A stretch of DNA of 64,000 bases from Cyanidioschyzon merolae (taxonomy: Eukaryota). Both the position numbers and the translations under genes were made by a program. Positions 10,603 to 21,264 of the stretch are shown here, one piece after another. The notes under the pieces were generated by a model that did no database searches, was not told the origin of the DNA, and worked only from the letters and a program-made list of their open reading frames with translations. The stretch is from NCBI GenBank assembly GCA_000091205.1, contig AP006499.2; one strand, 5' to 3'. Each line of letters starts with the position of its first letter. Position 1 is the stretch's first letter.

Positions 10603-11457
10603 ATGAGTGCAGCGCCGCCCTATGTGCGTGCAAGTGGGCGTAGAACCAGTGACTCTGTTGTGGACGCCAGCAGAGCAGACACAGCTTCAACAGTGAGCGC
10701 CAACCGTCGTTTGCAGACGCTCCTCGATCACTGGATTAGACGGGGCTGTGTCACCGAGGTAAGTGGCCCGCGAGGTGTCGGAAAAACTCACCTTGCGCTG
10801 GCATGTGCATGTCGCGCCATCCGAGACAACGCTGAGGTTATCATTCTGGATACAGAAGGTGGTATGACTTCGGACCGGCTCCAGCGCATAGAGCCTTCTG
10901 TAGCGTCTCGAATGCACCGTATACAGTGCTTCCGTCCTAGCTCGATGACAGAAGTATTGGCGCTGGCTTACTGCATGGATGCAGGTGTAATCGATACAAG
11001 TCAGGTCGCTTTAGTTATTGTAGACACCCTCGCGTCGGTTGTGCGAAGCGAATTCGTGCCGGATCGATCACTGGCACGACTTGGTCTGCTCCTACAGCGA
11101 CTGGCGCATCAGACGAATGCTATCGTGCTGGTGCTGAACCATGTCAGCTTTCGCATTCTTGAAGCCGAAGGCCCACGTGAAGTTCCGTGTGTCGAGAGAA
11201 TATGGGCATCTCTCTGTACGGTGCGCATACAGCTGATAGGACGGGACCAGTACATTGTATGGAAAGGTCATCAGCTTGATCACGGGGGTGTTGTGTCCGA
11301 ACGCTCGCAAGGAGACGGCTCAGTCGTTGGCTATTCGCAACCGCACAGATCAGGGAACGATACGCAGCCTTTCGATGCATCTGGAGCTGAGAATCCGGCC
11401 TCGCAGCCAAGCGCTCAATCGGATACTTCTTGCAAGGAGCCTAGTGGATCCAATTAG
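10603..11457 (+). CDS. RecA/RAD51-fold ATPase, RAD51-paralog-like (XRCC2/RAD51D-like)
   Basis: Walker A-like VTEVSGPRGVGKTHLALACA. The segment VIILDTEGGMTSDRLQRI resembles RAD51 ...YIDTEGTFRPERL. Walker B-like hydrophobic stretch LALVIVDTLASVVRSEF. The family assignment is tentative. Confidence 0.5.
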   Translation: MSAAPPYVRASGRRTSDSVVDASRADTASTVSANRRLQTLLDHWIRRGCVTEVSGPRGVGKTHLALACACRAIRDNAEVIILDTEGGMTSDRLQRIEPSVASRMHRIQCFRPSSMTEVLALAYCMDAGVIDTSQVALVIVDTLASVVRSEFVPDRSLARLGLLLQRLAHQTNAIVLVLNHVSFRILEAEGPREVPCVERIWASLCTVRIQLIGRDQYIVWKGHQLDHGGVVSERSQGDGSVVGYSQPHRSGNDTQPFDASGAENPASQPSAQSDTSCKEPSGSN

Positions 11458-12812
11458 ACCAGAGTTGCGTCCGATAATAGGCATCGCATCCGTTGCGACA
11501 GCAACGACGTGTTCCGATCGGTTGCTGCATAGATAATAGAGCTTGTTCAGGATTCTTGCCCGGTTGTAATGTCCTTCTGGGGACGACCGGGCGTGCACCT
11601 TCGAGTTTGTCGCGAGCTGGGAAACTGCACTGTGCGATTGATTGCACTGCACGTACACCTCTCGGGATACACGAAAAGAATGTGAAAGCTTCGTATGGAG
11701 GCGCATTTGCGCAGAACCGAAAAGTGCGCTCCACCGTATTCGGTCAACGATGCGGGATGAATCCGTCTCATGATAGCTGGCGAAATCTTTCTGCCCCTTT
11801 TTAGCCGGGTGGTTGTTCAGCGAACACTTGTGTTTGCGTCGAAAAAGTGGGAGCGCGCATCCTTGCACGAGCGCTTTTGGGTATCGGATATGTGCATTTG
11901 CGCACCCGTGTCCGTATACGTATCTGTATCTGAATCTGGGGGCGCGCCTGGACCAGTGCCTGTGTACGTGACTGTAGATGCATCGATGCAAAAATGCATC
12001 TACATCTTTGCGCATTCGGATACCGGGACCTAGAAATGTGTGTGTATATATAGAGGAGCCCATCTAGGAGCCTCTGAATTCGTGCATAGTTTCATTCAAT
12101 GCCCCGTTCGTGCCCAGCGACATTGCAGTGCAATGGAGAAGCTTTTTCAAGGTGGCTATTTCTGGGACAATTCTGTCTTCAAATTCTGATTGGCATTCGC
12201 ATGCTTCCAGATCTTGTCGAAAATCGCTGCTAGAGTTTCGCACACCCCAAACTGTACATCAGATGCGCTCAGTATAGCCATTTTGAGAATCCTAATTGGC
12301 AATCGCGCTTGATGCACAGGGCCAAGGAACGAGATGGAGTCGACCACGCGAACGCCCCTTGCAAAGTAAAACCCTTCTGTGCGCTGATTGGACTCATTCA
12401 CGATCAGGAACAACAGATTCAAGGAAGGTTTCCGTGCTCGTGCACTGTATGTCCGGCAGTGTGTTGTCGTGCGGGATTGTTTGCTGTGACGTGAGAGACT
12501 CGCTCAATTCTAGTCCCGAACGCAAGGCCAATAGGGCCTGGCATGGCTCGCGTTCGTCGGCCACCATTGCACGCTTATCTGAGAGTATGATGGAAAACAT
12601 TTCACGCGATCGTGGCTTCATTCGTATGCGGAGTTCCGACCACTCATCTACGATATAGTTCTGCTCCAGCTAAAAGCGGCGGTGGTCCTGTGTCTCACAG
12701 GAAACCAAAATCCACTTGCATCCCTTTGTGCACGACAGGCGCCCATGTCACTGGAATACTTTGCTGTCCAGGTCGCTGCAGCCTTCGCCACAGCGCGTGG
12801 GGTTTTTTCGCT

Positions 12813-14978
12813 TCACGCGGCAGCAGCCTGACCTCTTTTGCGCGGGTCACTCGCTGCGTACATGATACCGTCTTGGACAGTGCCGCGCTGCACCGGCTCG
12901 TTTGAATGCAGAGCAAATAGCGGCAAACCAGCATGGGGTCGCACGACAGCCTGCACACAGCCAACCATTTCTGGTGCAATACTCTCATGGTCTTGGCTTC
13001 CCTCAATTTCGTGACCGACACGACGCATGTATTGGCACATCTGAGTCCAAATACCGCTATTCTTTTCCTGTGCAGATCGAACTCCTCCGAGCTCGCATTT
13101 TTGACCAACCGCTTCCATCCAGAGAACATTCGGTAGCAGCTGATGGTGTACGCGTGGCATAGAAATGGCCTCTACCAGGCCATCAGCAAAGTCGAGCACA
13201 TTGATCAGCACCTGCAGCGTCGATGAAATGATTCGGGGCCCACCGGATCCGCCAACAACAAGCACGGTACGTCCGTTGCGTACGACAATTGTAGGTGACA
13301 TCGAGGAAAGTGGTCGCTTTCCAGGCACGGGAAAATTTGGCTCTGAGGGTGATATATCGAAGGCATTCGGATGCCCGGCCACGGAAAAGTCGTCAATCTC
13401 GTTGTTGAAGACAATGCCTGTCGAGCGACTTCGAATCATGGAGCCAAATTCAGTATTGATGGTGGACGTGAGCGCGACAGCATTGCCTTGTGCGTCAAGA
13501 ACGCTCAAATGGGTAGTGCCGTGGTCATCGACTCCGCCGATAGTCGAATGAATACGCTCGGCGTCAAAGTAATAGTCCGCAGGATGCGTTTGCAGGGTAT
13601 CCAGAGTTTCGCGCAGACGCGCGGCTGCCGCTTTGTTCACCATGTAGTCGCTGACGTGAACTGCTGCTTCAGGCACAAAGTCCGGATCTCCTAATTGCGA
13701 ACGGCTCGCAAAAGCGTATTTCAGGGCTTCGGTCACAAGCTGCAGACTCTCATTGGAATGTCCACGAGATGGCATATTGTAGCCCTCGAGGATGTTCAGC
13801 GCCATAGCGATCGCCGGTCCACCGGAGCTCGGAAGTGAAGAACCGAGAATCTCAAAGCCCCTGTAGAAGCTTTGCAGAGGCTGTCTCCGTTTCGGTTGAT
13901 ATCCACTGATGTCCTCGGCAGTCATTAGTCCACCTGCCTCCTGAATTTCTTTCGCCAGAGTCGAGGCCGAGTGATTGTACAAGTAATCAGCGCCGTGAAG
14001 CGCAATCTGCGTCAGGAGTTCTGCCAGCGCCGTCTGGACGAGCGTCTCGTTTTCCGCCAAGACACGAGAACCGCTGGGGTCACAGAACACTTCACATAAA
14101 GTAGGCGATTTGAGAATTGTTGGAGCATTCTGAGCCAGGCGATATGCGAGCATGGTTCCAACCGTCGCGTTACGAGCGAGAGGGATCACTGGCAACACAA
14201 CATCTCTCCAAGAAAGCTTCCCGTATAGGGCATGCATGAGCTCGAGACCTCGAAGTTCACCAGGAACCGCGATGGAGAGTCCGCCATGGCGCGTACTTTC
14301 CGGGCCCCGTTCGCGTAGAAGCTGGTGCGTTAGGTTCATTGGCGCCGTCTCCCGTGCGTCAATGAAGTCCGTTGACCCGTTCTGCAGCCGAACGAGCGCG
14401 AAGCACCCACCTCCGATTCCAGATGCAAATGGCGACAGAACTCCTTGGCAAAGGGCAGAGGTCACAGCGGCGTCCACGGCGTTTCCGCCCAGTTCCGATA
14501 GAACCTGCAGTCCTAGTTTCGAACAGACGGGGTTGTCCGCTGCAACCGCTCCATATCGCTCACCACGTGCCAAGATGCTTTTGCCAAACGGAGCAAAGTT
14601 TTCTACAAGTGACGCTGCAGTGGTGTCGTCGCCACGAGCGCCTTTGTGGGCATCAGAACCTCCAGCGACAGGGCCTCCCTTTGAATCGTGAGTCGAGTCA
14701 GCCGCCTGAGATGGCGTACTCGTTCCAGCACGCTCATCACTTGGTGGCAAAAAGATCGGGATGCTCAAAACTGCCGCGGCGAACAGTACAAGAAAGAAGA
14801 AGAGTAGCGCATACTTTCGCAGCTCGCGAGGGTCACGCTCGCCTTCCCACCACGAAGGCAACTCGAGCCCTGAGCGAACCAAGAAAGGCTCGCGTTGCTG
14901 TTGGGACTCAACATCCAGAAAAGTCGTCCGTCGATCAATCTGTTTGCGTGGACTCAGAACAGTGATCTGGTCGGTCAT
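12813..14978 (-). CDS. gamma-glutamyltranspeptidase (Ntn hydrolase), type II membrane-anchored
   Basis: ...TSTINTEFGSMIRSRSTGIVFNNEIDDFS... has the catalytic Thr and GGT signature. ...GGSGGPRIISSTLQVLINVL... is also GGT-typical. N-terminal hydrophobic anchor ALLFFFLVLFAAAVLSIPIFL. The start is taken at the Met of MTDQITV, because the longer track ORF (to 15068) runs into an interspersed repeat. Confidence 0.85.
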   Translation of the reverse strand: MTDQITVLSPRKQIDRRTTFLDVESQQQREPFLVRSGLELPSWWEGERDPRELRKYALLFFFLVLFAAAVLSIPIFLPPSDERAGTSTPSQAADSTHDSKGGPVAGGSDAHKGARGDDTTAASLVENFAPFGKSILARGERYGAVAADNPVCSKLGLQVLSELGGNAVDAAVTSALCQGVLSPFASGIGGGCFALVRLQNGSTDFIDARETAPMNLTHQLLRERGPESTRHGGLSIAVPGELRGLELMHALYGKLSWRDVVLPVIPLARNATVGTMLAYRLAQNAPTILKSPTLCEVFCDPSGSRVLAENETLVQTALAELLTQIALHGADYLYNHSASTLAKEIQEAGGLMTAEDISGYQPKRRQPLQSFYRGFEILGSSLPSSGGPAIAMALNILEGYNMPSRGHSNESLQLVTEALKYAFASRSQLGDPDFVPEAAVHVSDYMVNKAAAARLRETLDTLQTHPADYYFDAERIHSTIGGVDDHGTTHLSVLDAQGNAVALTSTINTEFGSMIRSRSTGIVFNNEIDDFSVAGHPNAFDISPSEPNFPVPGKRPLSSMSPTIVVRNGRTVLVVGGSGGPRIISSTLQVLINVLDFADGLVEAISMPRVHHQLLPNVLWMEAVGQKCELGGVRSAQEKNSGIWTQMCQYMRRVGHEIEGSQDHESIAPEMVGCVQAVVRPHAGLPLFALHSNEPVQRGTVQDGIMYAASDPRKRGQAAAA

Positions 14979-15039
14979 CGGGTGTTGCCAGTCCACGCTG
15001 AGCAGGTTCAGAGGCGTGGCGAAGGTTGCAGCGACCGGG

Positions 15040-15330
15040 CAAGAAACCCCTCGATGAGCCCAGCACACGCGTAGCGTTCGCAGCGGCTCACGCCTGAGCG
15101 GATGAGGTACGCATCTCCTTCGTCATTGGGAGTTTCGTTAGGTTTCTTGTTCGTTAAAAAATACTCACGACACGATTCATGTGCATGTATATACGTTTAT
15201 TCCTGATGCTTGTAATGCAACTTTATCGGACTATGGATGGTGAACTGTTTTGGATTGCACTGCTATCGGGCGTTATGGGCTGGCACTGATGACACTACAT
15301 GTTGTTGCCGTACTGTCGTCGTTGTCTAGG
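15040..15330. repeat. Interspersed repeat R2, copy 1 (about 290 bp, non-coding)
   Basis: Aligns with 31020-31300: shared acgcgtagcgttc.cagcg...ggatgaggtacgcatc..., ...acgtttattcctgatgcttgtaatgca..., ...gggctggcactgatgacactacatgttgttgccgtactgtcgtcgttg... Confidence 0.7.
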
Positions 15331-15692
15331 TCATGGTGCCTGCTACTTTCCCCGGATCCGGCGATCTTGGCAGAGATGCAGCGCGCTTTCAGCGTCGATA
15401 TGGACCACGACGTGCGAGCCTTGTACATCACATGGCAGGATCGAGGCACCCGACAAAAGCAGATACTGCATTTTGGTCTACGCTATTGGTGTACTGGCGA
15501 GAGCGTACCCGGAAGGTCGTGGCGCAATCGCCAAACCGTGAAGTGATTCTTACTCCCGCCAGTCATATGCGCCCGGATATTCGTTGGCTACCTGCTGATT
15601 TTTCACATCAAGTAGGAATACTTTGGAACGTACGGATTTTCTCTCTTTCCGTTTATACGTCCAGTGAGGCGGAACAGGTTCACAGCGATGGA

Positions 15693-15769
15693 AGGTAAAA
15701 ATATCTGTCCAATCGCAGACGCCTCCCAACGTCGTTTGACCGGTCGCCTGGTATCGGCTTCAGATTTTC
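15693..15769 (-). ncRNA. Conserved 3' module downstream of the Fanzor-like stop; candidate omega-RNA scaffold remnant (copy A)
   Basis: The reverse complement reads ...gttgggaggcgtctgcgattggacagatattttt. This aligns with the equivalent position in copies B, D, E, G and H. Confidence 0.25.
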
Positions 15770-15995
15770 CTCACATACTGCGCGAAGAGGCTGCCCCATA
15801 AATAAAGTAAGCTCGCCTCAGATCCCCGAGTCTCCTCTTCGGCACCGCACATCGTCTCATATTTGTGGCGGCGTTGATGTCACAGTTGACAAACTCCTTG
15901 CTTTTATTGCATCCGGGCGAAATAACCAAAGCAAGTATTTCTAGAGCTCATGTCCTCTGCGCCACGACAGTCTCGTCATCGTCCCGCTGGGTAAA
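15770..15995 (-). pseudogene. TnpB/Fanzor-like RuvC-III C-terminal remnant (copy A)
   Basis: The minus-strand translation reads ...VFTQRDDDETVVAQRT*... and FVNCDINAATNMRRCAVPKRRLGDLRRAYF. This is the D-x-NAA-x-N motif plus conserved tail; frameshifts and stops are present. Confidence 0.55.
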
Positions 15996-16513
15996 CACCT
16001 TTTCTCAACTTTTCCCCTTCTTCTGCTTCTTCGTCACTTGCTCCTCTTCTCACGATGGTATCGGAGAAGAGAATTTTATTGGTTTTCGTCCAACCCGGTG
16101 ATGATGGCCCTCCGAGATCCTCGAATTATACGCCCATACCATCGCATTTTATTTTTTATTTTGGAACATGAACACCCTTCTTCATGTCCTGAGGTGAAAC
16201 CCCTTCACGGAGGGAGAAGGACTTGCGGAAGACAGACGGAATGTGCCCCGGTGAGTCAAAGTTGTGAAAGCTTGATCAGTTCGCCCAGCGTAGCGTTCAT
16301 TACGTTTCACGGTACGACACATTCCTTCGATGTGTTGAATCACGTAGAGGAAGCATTAATGAAAAGCAGCTCTATCCGGATAGAATCCGCAAAAACTCGA
16401 ACCCAAAGGGCATCATGAAATACCAACTTGTATAGTTGAAGGACGTTACCAGATGTCAGGGAAAAGTCTTCAATGATTCGGCTAATTTGTACATGGTGTT
16501 GTATGAGACTTCT

Positions 16514-16987
16514 CTACGAGCGACGCTGAGGCCGCCATACGAATCCCTTGTAGCTAGACCAGATGATATCCTCGTTCTCTTCGAGTTCGGTCGTATATAA
16601 CATAATCCCTCCCCGCGAACACCCATATATGCGCCAACGGTATCGCCTGAAGGAACCATCATCAACTGAAAAAAGAAACCGACGTCCCTGTGCCTCATAC
16701 CGGTCGTGAGGTACCAGGAACACTTTCTTTGCGATTTCGTTGGAAGATGGACATGCTGTAACTAGTACCTTTTTGGGACTGTATCCCAGTGTTTTCAGGA
16801 CAGGATGAAAAAGCTGGTGAGGTGCAGAGACGCCCGTAGTGGCTACTGTTGTCGCTTCTACCTTCCGGAAGGTGAACGACGGTTCGCTGTCTGCCATTGA
16901 CCGCCAGCATTCTATAAAACTATCGGTTTCTGGCGTAAAGCGCACATACATCTTTCTTTCCACGTTCCTCAACCATCTGAGTGTCAC
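16514..16987 (-). pseudogene. Tc1/mariner-like (DDE_3) transposase remnant (copy A)
   Basis: ...VLKTLGYSPKKVLVTACPSSNEIAKKVFLVPHDRYEAQGRRFLFSVDDGSFRRYRWRIYGCSRGG... follows the Tc1 pattern L..LGY.RKK..P.LS..H...R..FA..H..W....W..V.FSDE..F. The catalytic DE is degenerate, reading DDGSF. Confidence 0.55.
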
Positions 16988-17277
16988 GGTGTGACTGATC
17001 TGAAGGAGAACTGCAGTCTTCCTTGCACTGTTCAGTACAAAGTATACCCTACAGACAATTCATCGACGATCTATAGAGCACACTGCAGAGTTATTTCGAT
17101 CTGCTGCTCTACACCGCATCCGCCGAGAAATAAAATTGAGTTGGAAGACTAATGTAGCCCTTGGGCCAGCGTCCGGCGGATACCGCTGCTTCTTGTACAC
17201 GCTCTTCGGGATGCATGCGGCAGGTACGCATCAACTCTGCATGACATGCATCCGCTTTGAGATCCAAAACCCCCTAT

Positions 17278-18632
17278 TAGATTATAAAGTGGAACACTGA
17301 ATTGTTTGCTCTGTTCCTGCCTCGTGATTTTCACCGAGTTTTTTATTCAGAAGCATAGCATCGACATTCCACGTGCAGCGATTGGGGCTCAGGGATTTGC
17401 ATGCACTTTTAGGATTTTCGGTGATAACCCTCGGAGTAGTTCCTACCGCTTTCATAGCAGGAATTCGTTACGTGACTAGAAGCAAGACCATTCGCGACGC
17501 AATCCAGAATGGTTTGTCCAGTATCCGCTTTCGTTACCCGCTGTACGCGTGCGAGCCTCTGCTCTTCTGCTTCCCTTACGAACAGCATCCTGCAATCGCG
17601 CGTTCTCCAAGCTCCCGATCCGTCCGTTGCGAGGCGACTCGCGGGCGGGGCGATTCGGGCCGCCGCCTCCGCGAGTGAAGGAGAAGTCGACGGCGAGCCT
17701 GTGAGGCTTCGTCTCAAGCGCATACCGAACCCTCTCTGAACGCGTTACGTCAAATCATCGATTTCACTCCAGAGACAAATCCTGCCCTCTCCCTCTGTGG
17801 GCATCGACAACACACCATGCAACATCGTCAGCAACATACCTCTCATGCGAAAATACGCCCACAAGTGCTCGTCTCCCTTGTTTGCATTACAAAGGGCCCT
17901 GGAGTCGGACGTCAGGCATCGTAGCGATCGCTTCCAGCAGAGCGCGTGTCACCGCTGTGCACGAAGAAGGGAGCGCAGACCGATCGACATTGCTGGGCGT
18001 GCGCTCCAGTCTGGATTCCGCCCCCGGTACATACCTGATCCCGAACGACGTCGCTTACCGCAAATCCTCTGTCGAACGGGGCAGCGGTCGCTTGCATTCG
18101 CAGTCGATAGCGTGCTCGCCAAGGCGATCGCCCAGAACAAGTCCGTGCTCTTTGGGTACGGCATCCAAGGCAGCCTTTTGCAGCGGTCAGTGGCATGCAA
18201 GGAGCGATGACGCGCGCGTTCACGTGCCACGAGGCGGTGCTCGAAGGAGCACGTGTGTGGCGTCAGACCCATGGAAGCACCTGAACGCAGTCAGGCGTCA
18301 TCGCTGCGGCAGCCGCACCGAAGCTCCAGAGACGTGGGCTCCAAATGGCCAGCAACGCACGGATCGTAACGACCGCTTGTGGATGCAGTGCTTGCGGATG
18401 AACCAGAAACAGCGAACGCCGGACTCGAACGCTGGCATCACCGTATCTCGACTGCTGCAGCGCGGCTGACGCGAATGCAGACATCGGCATTTGTAAGCCC
18501 AGTGATCAGCGAGAGGGACAGGAATCAGTCGCACTCAAAGCCCGCACAGGCTGATGTTGATGAAAATAGATAGAAGGAGAGCGGAATGCTAGCGTTTTTG
18601 CGACCGAGTTAGCTAACTGGACCCATTCCATT
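17278..18632. repeat. Right copy of the 1.36 kb inverted repeat
   Basis: Reverse complement of 8833-10196 at more than 99% identity by eye. It is also homologous, though diverged, to the direct-repeat units at 36485 and 42863, in the same orientation as those. Confidence 0.85.
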
Positions 18633-19100
18633 CTATTCTGGAATGAATATAAGACGCGCAACGCATTCGCAGAAGACGTACTGCGATGTCTAGCGCCGAA
18701 AATTGTCCAGAGTTCTAGGTGCTTCGCCAAATGCTCCTACAATGCATATCGAAGACTGCCGATTTGTGAGCATTAGGCCTCCTGTGCCATAGAGTGCGCC
18801 TCTCTTCCTCAAAGCAGGTACAGGTATCTCTTCCTCAAGAAATTCCGATCAGAATCACTTAAGAAGAATGCTATCCACATTGCGGCTCACCTGACCTTTT
18901 AAAAACTTCACACAAGAGTGCGCGTCGGTGACCCACATCAGACGCGTACCGATAACTGCAGCCGCTCCTCATGGACCTTGTCCAGGAACGCGTCTCTGCA
19001 GTAAATCAATCGCCTCTGCCGCGTAGCCACGCAGGATCGTTTATCGCGAATTTTTGCTCCTAGGCAGCACTACTCACTCTGTCCAGCAATCACGCGAGTG

Positions 19101-20222
19101 CTACAGACTCTTCCTATCGACGGAGTCCGCTGGAGCGCTGCGCCAAACGTAGAGAATTCTCTCATAAAAGGAAGCGGTGACACATTTCAGATTGTGCCCC
19201 AACCCCGGAAGCCAGCTTGCGGCATAGACGAGCGAATGATCCATATGCTGCCCGAGATGGACTTGAAGTCGCGGTAGCGGCCCCAGGAGATCGACGATCG
19301 CGGCGTGTCCTTGCATGCAGGCCACCAGCAGCGAGGTGCCGCGCACCTCAATACGCCATGGCCCGCCAGGCATCTGCAGCGTTTGCCACGAGCGCCCGAG
19401 CATACGCGTGTCCCAAAAACGCAGCTTTTCATCGAATCCACCGGAAACAAAAACGTGCTCATCCAAGAAGCACGCTCTGGTCACGCCCAGTGCTTCATGT
19501 GCTTGGTAGCTTGATACGCAAGGGTCCTCCTGCGGTCGCAAACGCGAATCCCAAAGGCGTAGGTACCCGTCATCGCCACCGCTCATGATCAGATACTCCT
19601 GCGCTCCGAAGCACGCGAACCAAGCCTCGTGGGCGTGCGCTTGCGTTCGTTCCCAGAGCCAGCTGGGAGAATCCAACGTCGCCAGCGCGATCGCTCCGTC
19701 AGCAAAACTGGTGACGATCTTGCCCTCGCTTGCTCCCGCCCCAAGACAAACCGATAGAGCGATAGCTGGACCGTCTAGATGTTGCTGTACTGTCCAGCCT
19801 GAGGCTCCATCTTGCACTTGCAACGCACGGATCCCGCCGTCAGCTGAGGCTACCACCAGGCTGTTTTCGTTGAACCAGTGCAAGTCGAGGACGCCGAAAT
19901 CCAGCGCTTTCCAGGCTAGTAGCGGCTTGTCTTCGGGAGAAAACTTGATGAGGCCAACACCGCCGATCCGCCTGTTTTCGTGGAGCTCGTACGCCCCGAA
20001 AGCCAGACAGGCGCCCCGCTCTAGGCACCTGGTAGCGACCGCGTCTGGGCAAGATGGCACGGTAATCTTACACCATTCCTCCATGAGGGCCCCGATTTGC
20101 TCTAGCCCCTGTCCCGTAGGACTCAAAACCGGAATTGGATCGACTCCCTCCCCATGCTGAGGCCGGTCACCGAGCAAACCACAAGCACTACAAAAGCGCC
20201 ACCGGGCTGGACGCACTGGCAC
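19101..20222 (-). CDS. DPH7: Diphthamide biosynthesis protein 7 (WD40 protein, WDR85 family)
   Basis: Blockwise match to human DPH7: [15 protein letters not shown] ~ [50 protein letters not shown] ~ [48 protein letters not shown] ~ [23 protein letters not shown] ~ DSLVYGADWS. The start may be the internal Met of MEEWCKIT near 20084. Confidence 0.75.
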   Translation of the reverse strand: [373 protein letters not shown]

Positions 20223-20520
20223 GAGAACGGACTCTGGTCCATCCGAGTGCTGTGGCTGGCACGAGTTACCTGAGGAGGACGCGCACGGTCGGTGGTTCCA
20301 ACGATACTCGCGACCTGGTTAGGAAGCGTCCTAGCAACAGTTAGTTGATTCTCGATACTTGGGTAGCGAGCGCAGCGTCTGCAGTTAGAGTCGCACCGAT
20401 AGGCGAGTTTGTAAGCACCGCGCCTCCAGGGACAGGTGCAAGCACGAACTTGGAGAACCTCTGCAACAGGCGGCGTGTCTGGAACATTTCCTGTTTCTCT
20501 GATAGAAGATTGTTGAGAAC

Positions 20521-21228
20521 TTGTACACTATGAAGAAGCAACTCCGCGTTTTAGATCTGAAACAGCGACGAGCGCGTCTGGCCGAACTAGAGGCTACACT
20601 GCTTGCTCAGAGTGCTACTGAGCAGGAGCACGTCGAATCCCTGTCAGAAGAGCAGGCGGCTGCCGACTTCATCGAGCACTTGGTATGCCTCCGTACACCT
20701 CAGCCCATCATCCTGGAGTCTATTTTGAGCTGCGCGCTGCGCAAGCTGCGAGAACTTGTGATATATGCTTCAGAAACAAACCTTTCCGCCTCGGACCCGG
20801 ATGTGAAGGAGGCCTTGCAAGCTTTCCGGAGGGTCATTGTACTCTGTTTTAGGAGCTCCACCATACACAACTTTCTCACCCGCTCGAACATGGCATGCAT
20901 CGATGAACTTGCGCGGCTTACTGTCTACCGCCTTCGGCAGGAGCTGGCTACACATCAGTCGTTACACATCGCTGCGCTGCAGTGTGCGCAGGAAGTGTTT
21001 TCGTCCTGCAACCCAACCATCGATGCTTTTTCAGCGCCACAGGAAGATGAAAAGCTTGCTCATCTTCGAGCCATCCTTCAGGTCTGGGATTCTCCCGAAC
21101 TCGAGACAGACGCAGCCCGCATCGCTGCCTGGATGAACCTGGGCGGGCCGGTCGCACACGCGCTCGCCTCCGCGTGGGCGCGTAGCGCGCCAGCACCAGC
21201 GGCAACTGCGAAACGCTGTTCCTCCTAA
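20521..21228 (+). CDS. Hypothetical protein (235 aa, helical, no recognisable domain)
   Basis: Clean ORF with ordinary composition, sitting between DPH7 and the pantothenate kinase gene. I recognise no motif in it. Confidence 0.35.
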   Translation: MYTMKKQLRVLDLKQRRARLAELEATLLAQSATEQEHVESLSEEQAAADFIEHLVCLRTPQPIILESILSCALRKLRELVIYASETNLSASDPDVKEALQAFRRVIVLCFRSSTIHNFLTRSNMACIDELARLTVYRLRQELATHQSLHIAALQCAQEVFSSCNPTIDAFSAPQEDEKLAHLRAILQVWDSPELETDAARIAAWMNLGGPVAHALASAWARSAPAPAATAKRCSS

Positions 21229-21264
21229 CCGTAAAACTTTGCGACGGTTTGCCATGTACTGTCC

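Larger units (their letters stand above)
15693..17104 (-). mobile_element. Degenerate Tc1/mariner-like plus Fanzor(TnpB)-like composite element, copy A (about 1.41 kb, non-autonomous)
   Basis: Colinear with copies B, C and G, running left end (cagatcgaaat...), Tc1-like transposase remnant, Fanzor-like C-terminal remnant, conserved 3' module ending ...ggaggcgtctg..gacagatattttt. Ends were read from the divergence points between copies. Confidence 0.65.
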
